A stretch of DNA of 64,000 bases from Podarcis liolepis (taxonomy: Eukaryota), in assembly GCA_965112155.1 (NCBI GenBank), contig OZ218099.1; one strand, given 5' to 3'. Below the pieces are notes generated by a model. That model saw nothing but the letters and a program-made list of their open reading frames with translations, did not search any database and was not told the DNA's origin. Below, piece after piece: positions 22,700 to 36,149 of this stretch. The position numbers and the translations under genes were made by a program. Position 1 is the first letter of the stretch, and each line of letters opens with the position of its first letter.

Positions 22700-24000
22700 G
22701 AGGTAGTGAAAGGACGGGTTGGCGAGGCGGCGGCAGCTGAAGGGGGCGGCGGCGGCAACAACTGTGCTTTAGGAAGGAGGCCTCGGACCCGGACAGCCTT
22801 TTTTTGCAACTCCCCGGCGTTCTCTTCTCCCCATTCCCAGGCCTCTTTTGCTAGATCCTTTTCAGATTTCCTTGCCGGTCGGAATTTTGTTGTGAAAACG
22901 TTGTTTCCTTGCCTCTTTCTGGTGCGCTCATATATTGTGGCGCTTATTCCTCTATTAATGGGTGAAACTCATCCACTGCTAGGAAAAACGGAGGGGAAAC
23001 GCTGGTTGCTACTGTCTATTTTGTTCCATCGACCAGGGATCCCGTAGGCACTTTTCTCCTTAACTCTCCCATTTCTTTATTTTTTAATTAAACCGTGAAA
23101 AGGGGCTATTTGGAAGGGGGGAGAGGGAGCATTTGCCTCTGCGCACAGTTTGCTAGCAATCACCGAGTATGATCTCTTTTTGATCAAGCAGGGAGAGATC
23201 GCACACACTTAAGATAAGAGGGGCGCTTTTCGGGGGGGGGGCTGGGATCCAATCGCGAAACCGCACCGATCCTAGGGAGAGAGCGATCGGCGTTGGCGAG
23301 GGGGACGAGTTTGTAGAAACCCAGGCCTCCTGCTGTTGCTGCTCCTCCCGGCCCTCCTTCCTCCCCAACATACATACGGCTCTTTTTGTTTTGCTTTTGT
23401 TTTTGCTCCTCGGAGGAATCGGAGCCCAGGAAGGTGAGCAGAAGGCGGCTTCCCCAACCAACCAAACCCAGGGTAAAAGAGGGCGCGGGTCAGCGCGGGA
23501 AGAAAGCAAAGAGGCCGCGAAGATGGCCGGCCGGCGACTCGCTTCCGAGCCAGCCGAGCGCAGCAGCTTCGTCTCCCGCCGAGGCCGCTGCTCCCCTCCG
23601 AGCCGGAGCTTCTTCCCTCGCTGGCCAAGACGAAGGAGGCGCTGCGGCTCTTCGCTTGCCTGTTTCCGAGGGGAAAATAGTCCAGTGTAAAAATACAAAA
23701 AAATAAAATTAACTTCTGCGTTCTAGCCGACGGCCGGGCGCACAGCTCCGGCGCCTGGATCTTGAGGCCGAGGAGGCTAGGGAGGCGGAAGAGATTCCTC
23801 CGATCCTTTTCTACCTTTGTGTGGAAGCCGAAGTTGGAGAGCGGAAGATCCTTTCGCCCCACGATCTCTCTCTCTCTCAAACCCTCCCTCGCGATGGCAG
23901 AGGCGCGGGAAAAGGGTTTGTTTAGTCTGTCGATCCCGGAGAGGCAGCACAAAGGCAGCTTGGGACGCAATGGTCTTCCCTGCCTCCTTTTTTCTCCGTT
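22700..24000. promoter_or_regulatory. CpG island, possible additional promoter
   Basis: Very dense CpG at 23480-23790. YY1-like AAGATGGCCG at 23520-23529. Confidence 0.6.
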
Positions 24001-24890
24001 TCTAGGGTAGACGAGTGGGGGGATCTCTTTCTCTCTCTCTCTCTCTCTTTCCTTAACCCCTCTTGCCGCCCCTTTGCAACAGGAAACTGGAAGCTCCGTT
24101 TGGGGAGCAGGGGGAGGAGGTTTGGGGGAAATGGAGAAATTTAAAGCGGGGGGAGAACCTCCATTAAGGAGAGATCGTATTGTTCCCTCTCTGATTTCGG
24201 AAGGGAGGCAGAGAGAGAGAATAAGAGAATCTTGGAAGGACTTAAGACTTTCTCCCCACAACCACCACCTAATGTTCAGCGTAGAATGACCAGTCTCTTC
24301 CTTTGCCCCATTTTTGGACAGAAAAATAAAATAAAGAGGTGTATAAAACGATGGCGTCTTCTGTCCTGCATTGAGGAGGAGAATGAAAGAATTATCTGCC
24401 CCGAACACCGGACTGAATCTAGTTCCGCTGGAATAATGTACAGACGATATTTCATTCATGGATTATCTGGGGTCTAAAGGGAGGAGGGTGGACCCCAGAT
24501 TCTCGCCCGCTTGTTTTTCGGCAGGGAGAATGGATGTAGAAGCGGAGGAGCCGGCTGCAGCTACGATATGATGCCTCCCGTTTTGAAAGAGAAGAAACGC
24601 ACAAACTTAAAAAAGAAAAGGTCCCCCCATGAGGTTTACGTGGTACAATTTAACAACGTGGTAACAATGGTTGTATTCATGGTGGGCGAGAGGGGGCTGC
24701 TAGTACCAAATGGGGAATGGAAGCGCGTAGAAACGGGCGATGCAATCAAAGGCAGGAAAAATGGCATGAGGAAAAAAATTAATTCCTGTAGCTTCTCTTA
24801 GAAACTATTGATCTTTAATAGGAAAAAAAAAATAGGACCAATGCGTGGGGCTTCGGTGAAGTTGCTGCTGTGCGCCCCCCCCCCGTTTTT

Positions 24891-24916
24891 GTGTGTGTGT
24901 GTGTGCGCGCGCGCGC
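24891..24916. repeat. (GT)7(GC)6 alternating purine-pyrimidine tract
   Basis: Directly visible. Confidence 0.9.
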
Positions 24917-25666
24917 CTTTCTTTCGCACTCACACAAGAGAGTTTCAGTGACTTTTAGTCTTTCACCAGCAATCCGGTGCAAACCCTCGCCGCTGTTTTT
25001 TATTAGAGAGCCGTGAAGTTAAGAGTGTTAAAAGTTGCTTGGGGTGGAAAGGGGAGTGGGGAATTGAGGAGTGGGGAGTTGAGGAATAAAAACAGGGATG
25101 TGATGTCAGCCAGTCTCTTGGATGGCTTCCTTCTGCTTCTTCTGGGCATGGCGTTTCAAATGCTCCCCTTACGTGTTTTGGGTTCTAGAAGACCCTGCTT
25201 AATATGTGTGTGTGTGTGTGTAAAAAAGCCTCTGCAGGAGGAGCCCCTCCCTCCCATCCCTGGATTCCCCCCCCCCTCAAACCCAGTTAGTTTGCATTGA
25301 TTCTTAACGAGCCCACAGTGCAAAGAGAGAGGGAGAGGGAAGGTGCGCGGCGGACACTTCTTCTCCCTCGCTCTCTCCCGCACTGGAAGCCGCCTCCCGC
25401 ACCTCTCCCTCCTTTCTGGGGGGTGGGGAGAGCCTTGAGTTGCTCCCTTCTCCTATCGCAGAAGACCATTCCAGGAGAGGAGAGAGCTCCCCCCCTTTTT
25501 TAAAATGAAGAAAGACGATAAAAGGGGTCCCTTCTGAAAAGGGGTTCTTGGATGCTCTATGATTTGGAGACGGGGGAGGTGACCAGGTTTTTACGTGGTC
25601 TTCATTCCTGCCTGCCTTGGAGGTAGGAGCTCCCTGGCTGGGAAAGCTAAAGTGTCTGTCTTTCTG

Positions 25667-25667
25667 A

Positions 25668-25727
<60 letters not shown>
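25667..25727. repeat. Compound (AC)n(AG)n microsatellite
   Basis: Directly visible. Confidence 0.95.
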
Positions 25728-25729
<2 letters not shown>

Positions 25730-27502
25730 AGGGCCTTCACTTTACACAACAATAAAAGTAGTTAAGCATCCAGCACCATCACGGGAACAAGGGAGAGGGA
25801 GGGAGAAATGGACAGAAAGGATTGGACACCCCCGCACTCCACCCAGCAATGCATTCTGTCCAGTGGAGCCTACCTTAGGAATCACTTGCTGCTCCCCCCT
25901 TTCTTTGTGTGGATGTGGGTGGGTGTCTGCGTGGGGAGGGCGTTCCCTCCCTCCACGCTCCCATTTGCCTGACCCCCCCCATCCGGCTGGGCCCCCTTCA
26001 GCCAATGGGGGCCCTAATGACCGCTTTAAAAAAAGCTTTGCAAATCCGCTCCTTGGGTGTGTGCTGCTGCTGCAGCGGCTATTATCTAAGTTGCGCCTTT
26101 TTACGCAGCTGCTCATACATCCTGGCACTAATTATGTGTTTATCAAAACAGGCACCCTTATGACATGTCACAACATGTTTGCTGGGGAAACGGTCTCTCT
26201 CATCTCCCCACCCCCACCCCAAATAACTCTTCTTCCCTTGCCCAAATACTTGCTGGGATTCGGTTGCCTTGACTCTAAAGAAGGGGCAGTGGATGACATT
26301 CGAGGAACCTTTATTTCTGCATCTGCAGGTAGCTTGGGGAGGTGGGGGCTGGGTCCTCTGTGTGTGTGTTTCTGTGTCTTCGTGATCGCTCATCACCAAA
26401 GTGCCCAAACCCTCAACTTCATCCAGAAAGCGTTGAGGGGAAGTTATAGATGCTCGATGGCTAGTTGGTTTAGTTCTTAAAATAACAGGCACGCATAGCC
26501 CACACCTCGCCTCTTGCCTCCGAAGGTTTGTCCCAAATCTGGACTACTTTTTCCACCCGCAGCTCAAGTTCTATACCTCCCTCTTTCTTAACCAAAAATA
26601 AAAAGGTGGGGGTGGGTAGGTGGGAATTGTATCCCACCGATCGATCGGTGCTGTATATCTGCCTATCAATCTGGCTCCAGAATGGAAAGAGAGATTTGGC
26701 TACGCCTGGGATCGTTTATTAAACTCGCTTTAATTTAACCCAGATGGGCGGGTTCCTTGATAACCTCACACAACAAACACAGTGAATTATACTTCCAGTG
26801 TGTGAACACACTAGGATATATTTAGCTACAAATTACAACTCTGCATTTAACAGGGCTTTAGCTCAAGGTTTGGGGGTCCGGAACACCGACTTGCCCCCAC
26901 CCTTTCCCTTTTTTAAAATCCCTTGTTTGGGGATGATCCAGCAGAGAACGTGTTTTTTTTTGGGGGGGGGGGGAGTCTACGCCAGGTTGGCCTCTTCCAT
27001 CACACCATCCACAATTTCTTTTTAAAGGTAAACTACGCTTTCCCTTATGACTTGTACAGTTCATTGGGATTTAAGGAGAGGGTGCAGGGCCCAGCCGCCC
27101 TCTGTATGGACTGGATGCAAGTAAATAGTGTGTGTGTGTAATATATGTGCACTAAGATTCTTGGTGGGTTATAAATGCTCATTAGCTCTGAGCAAAGTAG
27201 GACCCCTTATTTGTTAGAAATCACTTCTTGCTGTGTGCAAAGAGCCCTCGCTCACACGTAAGCACACACACACACACACACACACACAACCTGCCTTTGG
27301 AAGCAGCAGAGACGTCTCTTTTGAGATTAAAAATGTGTTGTAAGCTCCGTGCAATATCGGTCTGTCTGCCACTATAAACTTTATCTATTTAGATTTATTT
27401 GATTAACAAATTTGTCAGTTTTCCTTTGTTTATGCATAGAGAACCGGGGCTAGTGGGGGATCTCCCTGCCTAGTGCAGAAAACATCTTGTGTTGGCCTGG
27501 GG

Positions 27503-27506
<4 letters not shown>

Positions 27507-27590
<84 letters not shown>
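27507..27590. repeat. Compound (GT)n and (TAGA)n microsatellite
   Basis: Directly visible. Confidence 0.95.
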
Positions 27591-29199
27591 TATCTTGGAG
27601 TGGGAGGGGGAGGAGAGGAATTTGACCATTTGTTTTCTTGTCCAGGTTTGATCGAAAGGCGGGGGGAAAGGGAGTAGATCTATTTGGATTCCTCCTCTAT
27701 CTCTTTCTCTCTCCCCCCCCCATCCCCACTTCTCCTGGCTGATTGGACTGTCCAGATCATTGATATTTCTACTCGCTCCTGCCGAATTTGCTTCAATGCA
27801 CACTCCCCCCCCCCCAGATCTATGCCTTTTTCATTTCCCTGACTACTCTTTGTAGTCCCCATGAATAATGCAAGCTCCTAAATTCTCCCAGCTTCAACAA
27901 ACATACATACAGTATTTAATAATAATAATAATAATAATAATAGGTCTATGTTAGCGGGGCAGGGGATGAGGATTCTCAAAGAATCTGAATTCCTTCCGTG
28001 CTCTGGATTCAGAAAACCTAGAAGACTTGGGAGATGTGTTGTCTTGACTTTCCCGCTTTCCTGATCCTGGTCTAGCTCACTTTGAAGGGACTATTTCTGA
28101 GAGATGGAGGAAGACGACCCAGGGCCAAAATCTCCAGCCTATGTTAGTGTCCTGTATTAAGGAAAGGGGTCAGTTTTGGAGAGGGCTGGGTGACCTTGCT
28201 GTGGATCCCTGACCACGAAACTGCAGCGCTCTTTCGCTTGCAAGTCTCTTTAAGCGACTGAGGCTTTCCGAGGCTGGTCAGCAGGCTGGTGCTCTTCGGA
28301 GGAGCTGCAGCCCGGTTCTGGAGTGGGGAGGGGGTTGCGCCCATCTTGGATGACTCGGGAGCCCCCCTTTCCAGACAGCGGGGAAAGCGAGGCGCGGAAT
28401 GAACCAAGGCAGCAACGCACTGCGAGCGGCGCTCCTGGAAAGTAGGCATCCTCTGGTGGAAGAAACCAGAAGGAAAGCCGCAACGCAGGAGTTGCTTTTG
28501 TGGGTGTCACTGGAGGTGTTTGGTTCGCTTGTTTGTTTTGGAAAGGAAGAAGGGGAAGATGCAAGATGTCTCTTCCCCTCCAACAGTCCATGGAGCAATT
28601 TTGGAATAAAGGAGCAAACATTTCAGAAGGGAGAGCAGGATTCCCCTCCAAGATATTTCGCAAACATAAGGGAGATATATATATATTCATTTCTAGGGAA
28701 TGAATGAATATGAATGTGTGTGTGTATATACACCCACACACCCTAGAAACCGTGTGTCCAGTACACAAGCCCCAGTCTGTCCTTTCCCCTCTTGAAGATG
28801 TGCTAGGCCTAACCTTTAGCAGAGAATCCCCTGAACTGGGTCAGAGAGAGATTCATGTACAAGCCTAAAAGGTTTATTTTTATGCTTTTTAACTGTCCCC
28901 CATACCACCCAAAAGACTAGATCGTGTGTTTATATAGATTTTATTTTAAAACATTAATGCAGGCGCAGCGCAAACAGAGCGCCCCATAAACTGGGTTTTC
29001 CCTCCCCTCGCCTTTGTCCTTGTTAGATAAGGGGAAGAGGGCAGGTTTTAAAGAATCAGTTCAGTGGGACAAGAGATGCGGCGGAGCTGGGGGAAAAGAA
29101 AAGGGAAGCTCTGGGCATCTAAAACGATGGCCGAAGGAGCCTGACGCCCCTATCCGAGGGGGGCTCCCCTTGGAAGGAGCACAACTGGGTTTTAACCAG

Positions 29200-29960
29200 G
29201 AAACCTCCGTGAACAGGCGACATAAGCCAGTTGAGCCGAAGCACTCAGACTGAGCCGAGCCAGGTTGGACGGGGGAGCTCAGAAAATAGCTGGTTTTGGA
29301 GGCAGATGCGGAGAGACTTGCACCGCGCGACCAAGGTGTCTCTTATTCTCCTTCCCCTCCCCCGGAAAGCCAACCCCCCCCCCGTGTCTCTGTCCCCGAA
29401 GGGTTTGGATTTGCGAGTGGTTTTCTCTCTCTTTTTAATCCTACAGTAGTCTGTTTTTTAGCATGTAAAATAAAACAGGGCATGTTCGCGCGGGGCTGTT
29501 GGCAGCCAAAACGCAGCACGTGCTCGGCCTCCCCTCCACCCGGGGACACGTGTATCTGTGGGGGGGGGGATCGCGGGCTAGCTCATTGGCTTTAAGGAGA
29601 TCCGGGCTGCCCCCTCGAACAAATCGAGGTGGGCTGCCTTGGGAGCCCACCGGACGGATACTTTTTTTCCAGAGGAACCCGGGAACGAGCTGCTGCAATG
29701 CTTTCCCTTCCTTTCTTAACGCAGAGATCAATTGGATGTACTCCGTGTACGTTCAGGATCGTACCGTGTCATTCATTCATTCATTCATTCATTCATTTGT
29801 TCGTTTCTCCCTCCCTCCCTCTCTAATCCACCAACCTCTCCAACCCCAGAAAACTGGAGCCCGTTTTTAAAAGTTTGTTAAATGTACTGAGTGGGTAGGT
29901 TCCCCCCCCCCGCACCCTCCTCCGCGCCGCTTCCTCCCGGTTTCCAATGAGCGTTTTGTG
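29200..29960. promoter_or_regulatory. CpG island
   Basis: High CpG/GC density without coding signal. Confidence 0.55.
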
Positions 29961-30203
29961 CGCGAGAAGAATTAAGAGTAATTCTTCCTAGCCAAGAAAT
30001 TGTTTCTAATTTGCTCGTTGACCAAATAGCACATGGAACAATGAACCGGGCCCAAACAATTGCATTAGGCAAGGCACCCAACATACAATTACCCAAATGC
30101 AAAGATTTGCGTCTCCCAGCCCTTATTAGGCAATTATTTAGCGTGCTGAGTTAATCCATAATTTTATTTGACATACTGGGGTGGGGGTGGGGGTGGTCCC
30201 CCG

Positions 30204-30275
30204 TCCTTCCTTCTTTCCTTCCTTCCTTCCTTCCTTCCTTCCTTCCTTCCTTCCTTCCTTCTCTCTCTCTTTTCC
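30204..30275. repeat. (TTCC)n/(CT)n polypyrimidine tract
   Basis: Directly visible. Confidence 0.95.
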
Positions 30276-30934
30276 AGATGGAAAGATATTAAATTGCAAT
30301 ATTTTAACACATTTCCCCAGAGTGTGAAGGTTAGATGAGGTCTGAGAATTTAAAATGATTGCATATTCATTTGGACATGAAAAGGAGATGTTTTCATGTT
30401 GGTTACCTTGAGGAAAAAAGAAAGGTGCGGGGGCGAGGGGGGGGATTAGCTGCCATTTCTTCCAATGCCAGCTTGTTTGAATACTGAACTTAATGTGAAG
30501 ATTTGTCTCTCAGCGCGTTATAACAGAGGAAAAGATGCTAACGGGCTGCACAACAAACGTTTTACCTACCAAATAAAAACATAAAAAATGGGAAGGGTAT
30601 TGTGAGCTTAGATCGCAAGTTAGTTATGTGGAACAGCTTAATAATTATGATAATAACAGGCCCACGGTGTTCTTTGAAGGGAGGAAGTGGGTGGCAGGTC
30701 CCTGCCCCGAGGAAATTGCATTGTGCGTTTTGACAGCGGGGAGACAATTGCGGAGGGAAGACGCAAAGGGAGAGGAGAGGAGAACAATGTCCTTTTTAAT
30801 TTTTTTATTTTGTAAGGCCACCTCTTTATTTCGCCAAGGCAAAAAGCCACGAAATTGTGAGCAAACTCCCGAGTTCTCCAGAAGTCTTCATCCGGGTGGA
30901 TGGCAAACATTAAAAAAGACAAGGGCACCACTCG

Positions 30935-30948
30935 CGACAAGGTGGCAG
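30935..30948 (+). promoter_or_regulatory. Candidate CTCF site
   Basis: CGACAAGGTGGCAG differs at two positions from a CCACCAGGTGGCAG-type core. Confidence 0.35.
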
Positions 30949-31170
30949 AGACCTGGGCTAACGGGGAAGGAAGCCCACTGGAGTCTTCTGCATCTGGTCC
31001 AAGTCTCCATGCAGTTCGTAGTCTGGGCTTTAGAAGTGGGAATCAGAATTCTCTCCCGAGTAGCTGGTGAAGGATCGGAGCGAGATGGCTTTAAACCGGA
31101 CTGAAAAGAGAGTCGAGCTGCCTACACAAAAGTGGCTTCTGCTAGAGCCCGATCCTAAATATGTCAGGGT

Positions 31171-31212
<42 letters not shown>

Positions 31213-31868
31213 TTCCCTGAGGGCTGAAGAGCCGCGCTGGACACGCATCCTGCTCTGTATCTGCTTGACCCCCTCCCTCAATACTTCGATTTCATTGATT
31301 CGCAGACAGAACACGACACCGAGATTTGCGAGGCCTTGTGCCAGTTCTGCTTTAAACGCGATTCCTTGACAAGGCACTTTTTTTCTCTCTCTCTCTATAA
31401 GAGAGAACGAAACTGACAAGGATCTTGCTGATCACCAAACCAGAGTTCTAGCAATTGCTTTCGAGAGAGGAGAGGAGAGAGAGGGAGACAGTTTGGCTTT
31501 TAAATCTGGCCTTGAGAGATGAACCAAATCTTCTTAATGTGTCCCGAGATAAACGAGCTTAATTCTCTGCATGAGACTGGCTATATTAACGGAGTCCCAA
31601 GCGCGGCTTAATGGCAGCAGCGGCAGACCAAGCCTGCGCGAGGCTTACTTGCGAGTAAACGCCCACCCAACCCAACCCGGATTACTGCTGTGGAGGAGCA
31701 GTGAGGGTCGCCAGGGGACCCTGATCGATCCTGGATCGATTTATCCCACTCACTTCAGCTTCTAAACGCCCATTATCATTTTTTTAAAGGTAAAAGAGAG
31801 AGAGAGAAAAAAAGGAGGAAAGGTGAGCGTGACGGTGCGGGTCCAAAGCGGGTGCTTTGGACGAATTT

Positions 31869-31872
<4 letters not shown>

Positions 31873-31938
<66 letters not shown>
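31873..31938. repeat. (AT)n microsatellite
   Basis: Directly visible, about 33 units. Confidence 0.95.
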
Positions 31939-31941
<3 letters not shown>

Positions 31942-32189
31942 GGGGGTGCCAGGCGATCTTTCTGAAGCCTACTCTAAATATTTATTTCTCCTTCCATTAT
32001 CTTCGCTCTCTTATGGAGGAAGTCTGAGAGAGATACCGAAGCTTTGCTCCTGTTAAATTAAAAACATTTGTTACCCCTGGACAGATTTTTAAAAATGGGG
32101 AGGGGGGAGAGAAGCTGTAACTTCTGCTGACAGTGTACTTGCGGCCCATCTGAAAGCTAAATGTAGTTTCCTCCTTTCTCTTCTACCTC

Positions 32190-32228
<39 letters not shown>

Positions 32229-32806
32229 CCCCCCCCTTCCCTTCGTGGAGAATACAAAACTATCTCTAAACACTCAGTCTCTCTCTCTCTCTCTCTCTCT
32301 CTCTTACTTTGTGTAAGTGAGCAGGCAGAGTACGAGTGAACTGGTAATTTGCCAGCAGACCTCTGGTTTATACACTAGTCCTGTCTAAAGTTATTTGCTG
32401 TAACAACTGTTTTGAAACAATAAAAGAAAAACAAAAAAAAATCAGAAGTGAACAGAAGGAAGGGACGGGGGGAGAGAGACTGGGGAGGGGGAGTACGCGG
32501 TGCAGATATGGAAGCCAAAATACGAATCTTGGACATCCGTTTCATATTATTATTATTATTTCTTTAAAAAAATCTGGAACTGTGGATTGAAGGGGGGTGG
32601 TTCTTTCCCCCTGACCCAGCAAGTCCTAAGGTTGTCCTGATCAGAATCCTAGAATGGTAAAATTTAAAAAAAGAACAAGGAAAACAACAACAGAGAAGCT
32701 TCAGGATGTGATTCAGGATTTAGATCGAGACAAGTTGGGTCAGATTCGTTTCTGGTCAGCTTCGCTTATGGGCGCATCTGTTTCTCGACTCCATTCCCCT
32801 CGCTGA

Positions 32807-32837
<31 letters not shown>

Positions 32838-33564
32838 GTTAATCTCTTTTTTTTTAATTTGAAATTATTTAAGGGGGTGGAACACACACATACACACAGT
32901 TTCTTGCTATATTATCGGCTCTGGAAATATATTCGCCTTAAAAACAGAACCAACACCACACAAAAAACCAAACAAAATCCCGTAGACGCGCACACAAAAA
33001 CCATCTTTGCTAAGCCTGTTTTGTCAAGATTCTGCACCCCCGTGGCCTGAGCCGAGTGACAAAACGCAGCGCCTTCGGGTCCTCGCCTTCGCCTTGGGGC
33101 TGGGAAGGAAAGTGTCAATCAAAGGACGCTTCAATGACCAGGGACAATCCCCTTTGCTGGACTGGCCTTCTTCAAGAGCAATCAGTCACTTTGCATTAAT
33201 TACCCTTCCATCCATTCCCCACTGCAGGGCAACCGCTGCTTTCTCGGAGACCTGGCGCATTCATTACAAAACACCACCTGAAAGAGTGGTCAGCAGCCCG
33301 CCCCCTCCTCTAACCTCGTCTCTACACCCCCCCCCCCCCGTGCAAGCCCCCCAACAAATAGTTAAAAAGGGGAGGGGGTAGAAAGGCCTTAGAACTACTT
33401 CACGTCCCGCACTTCGAAGTTTTGCAGTCTCCCCCTTCTAATTCCCCCCCCCCAGCCCCTGGAATTGCTGGGGGAGGGGGCAGTAGTCCCGCCCTTTGTT
33501 GTTGTTATTGTTGTTACAGTCAGTAATCAACTGTTTTCCAAGTTTCCCGCCCAAAGGCCCTTCG

Positions 33565-33651
33565 GCTGCAATCCTCATAACCCGACTTACCTGGGAGTAA
33601 GCCCAATTGAATTCAACAGGACTTACTTCTGAGTAGACGTGGTTAGGCTTG
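33565..33651. repeat. Old ~85-bp palindromic MITE-like repeat (GCAATCCT...AGGATTGC family)
   Basis: GGCTGCAATCCT...GGGAGTAAGCCC.ATTGAATTCAA..GGACTTACTTCTGAGTAGAC. Related copies at 41299-41388 and 63236-63322. Confidence 0.65.
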
Positions 33652-34504
33652 CGAATGCAATTTTGTGCAGAGTTGCAATCTTAACAGAGGTGGGACTTGC
33701 GCTTTTGAGCAAACTGCCCAGAATCGGGCCCCATACCCACCAGGGCATGCTTCAATCCAGAGAGTAAGCACGCATAGGATTGCGCGTAACGTTTGCTGTT
33801 TGCACGGGACACACCCCTGCCCCCAACCATCCACATTAGCTTGGAAGTAAAGTTGTATATATTTCAAGGAGACTTTATTAAAGTGTGTTTTAGGATCGCC
33901 TTTTGCGCTCCTAAATATGATGACCTGGAAAAAGGATCCAGGAAGCTGGAATTTGCTTCCTCCCTGTAAACGCGTCCAGCTGCTTGTGCTAAATTCCCTT
34001 AATTTGAAATAACAACTCCAATATCAAACCAATCAGCCTTATCCTCCCCCGCAAAATGGGATCAAGGGGCGAAGTTTTTTTTGTTCGGACGTTGCGCGTC
34101 GGGATAAAGCGTCTTCGTGGTCTGGCTGTAACGTTTGAACGTAGCCACATTTGCCTTTATCTCTGGACATCTGGAGAGGCGATACGAGCAGGCGGAGAGG
34201 AAACCTCGAGACCGCATTTCCCCTCTCATCTGTTTACGAATGCGGAGTTGAAAGCTCTCCTCTGGACCTTCAGACCAAGGCAGAAACCTGGTGGAACAGC
34301 GGAGAGTTCTCGCACAAAGGGTTTCCTCTCACGTTGCTGTTTAACGCCGGACCCACAAAGGTGGAGGTGGAAGGGTGGACGCGGAGCCCGTTTGACAAGG
34401 GAGCCACGGTTAAAAGGAGTTGGAAATTTAAGGGCGGACAGGAGGGACTCCCCAATGATGGGAATGCAGGAAAGGAAGAAGGGTTCTTAATGGGTGCCAA
34501 GCTG

Positions 34505-34650
34505 GATATACTATGGGGTGAAGGAGGAAGACGCTCCCACTGTGCCGAAGCTAAACTGGTCTAGATCTGGTCTGGATCTGGATGGGTGACCGCTCAGGGA
34601 CCACATGTATACAGTCTTGGGTTCCATGACGGAATAAAGGCGGAACACAA
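34505..34650 (+). mobile_element. Decayed 5S rRNA-derived SINE
   Basis: GAAGCTAAACTGG...CTGGATGGGTGACCGC resembles the 5S A and C boxes. L2-like AAAGGCGG 3' end. Related copy at 62050-62180. Confidence 0.55.
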
Positions 34651-36149
34651 AACCGAGGAAAATATGTACAACTCACTCGCGTTTCTGTTTTTAAACCTAC
34701 TTCCTTTCCTTCATTTGTATTTCAGAAGATGTAGGCTAATAATAATGTAGAGAGATAATGCGGAAGACACGTAGGCACGTTGCCTCCGTCCCCCAGTAGA
34801 AAAATCGTGATTCAAAAGTTTCCCGTGTTTCTTCTGTGCTGACCTGGATTTTCCTTAGGGCGCGTGGATATTTACAAAAATAAATCTGGACTCTCTACTT
34901 GCAGCTTAATGTAGACTGCTGAATGTATACCTTCATATAAGTTTCTCTGTCAAAATCCGGAGCCTACGGCTTTTTGTTAGAGAAACAGTCCATATATATA
35001 TATATATATATATATTGGAAGGCAGGCACAATCGCACCTCTTGTGACACAGGGTGTTCCCCCCCAACCCCACCCCACCCGCCTGTGTCCTGGCTAAAAGC
35101 CTGGCTTGATGGATGAGCAGAAAGAGGGGCAGATTGAAGAGATCGAGGACAACACACAATCGTTATTTTGTGCATGCGTGAGAGTCGTGTGTGTGTTTAC
35201 TGGTGATTTTTTTTAAAACTCTGGAGAATACCACTCCTCCAATTTCCACACTCCACTTCAAATCTGCATGCCCATTCCGTAGCTTCTCTTATTCTCCCGG
35301 ACTCCAGATGAAGGTACCGTCTGAAAGTGCACTTGCGTGTCAGATCTTCCTTTTGCTTCCTCCCACTCGTCACTTTTTAAATCAGCGATTCAACACACTT
35401 GCTTTGTATTTGTCAAACCATTTCCTCTCCCCACCCCCTGGTCACAACACGCTCCTTTTCAAAACCCCATTCCCTCTTTAAAAAAACAATGGTTTGCACG
35501 TTTGTAATTTCTTCTAGATACAATATTAAGATTCTCAATGAACTCTCTCAATCACTCTACACACACATCGCCTGTGAAATCACCCAGGGCCTCTTGGGTT
35601 AAAAGTTTCTTTCCCTTTGGAGATTCTCTCTTCCTAAGCAATTTTGCGCGTGTTTTATTGGGAAGTCAGTCCCTCGCCTCTGCGTCCAAGGGGCCTTATC
35701 CTAGGAAGTGTCTTCCAAGTGGAAGCCTTCCTAGGCTTGTCCGCGTGGCTCGTGCTTACGGATCGACTCTTTCACAGTTTAATATAAATACAGCGTTAGG
35801 AGCAGAAATAGAAAACTTGGCAAGTAAGCACCCAAACAATCCGCGGGCTGGCAAGTTTGTTTCAATCGGTGCCCTTCCTAGGTTTTAAACACGAGGCTAC
35901 TTCGCTATAACCCCATCGTCACCACCGCGGTGAGAATTGCAAACACACACACACACACACCCATTTGCGTGTATACAGGCGGGCGCACGCTTGCTCCTTC
36001 TCGGTCGCCTTAATTCAATTTGCCCCACCGGTTAATGAATAGCTCCATTGTAATCTAATATTACTTACGGGTTATTCTGATTTATTCTGCATTTTCCAAA
36101 TCAATTACACTCCCTTTTAATTTTTTTAAAAAACCCATCAGTATAGGGA

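Noticed and set aside
23272-24459. 395-aa minus-strand ORF
   Set aside because: It runs through a CpG island and (GA)n repeats, giving low-complexity R/E/G/P sequence with no recognisable domain. Stop-poor GC-rich DNA explains its length.
25863-26480. 205-aa ORF
   Set aside because: It starts at a GTG, has no recognisable homology or splice structure, and includes simple-repeat-derived residues.
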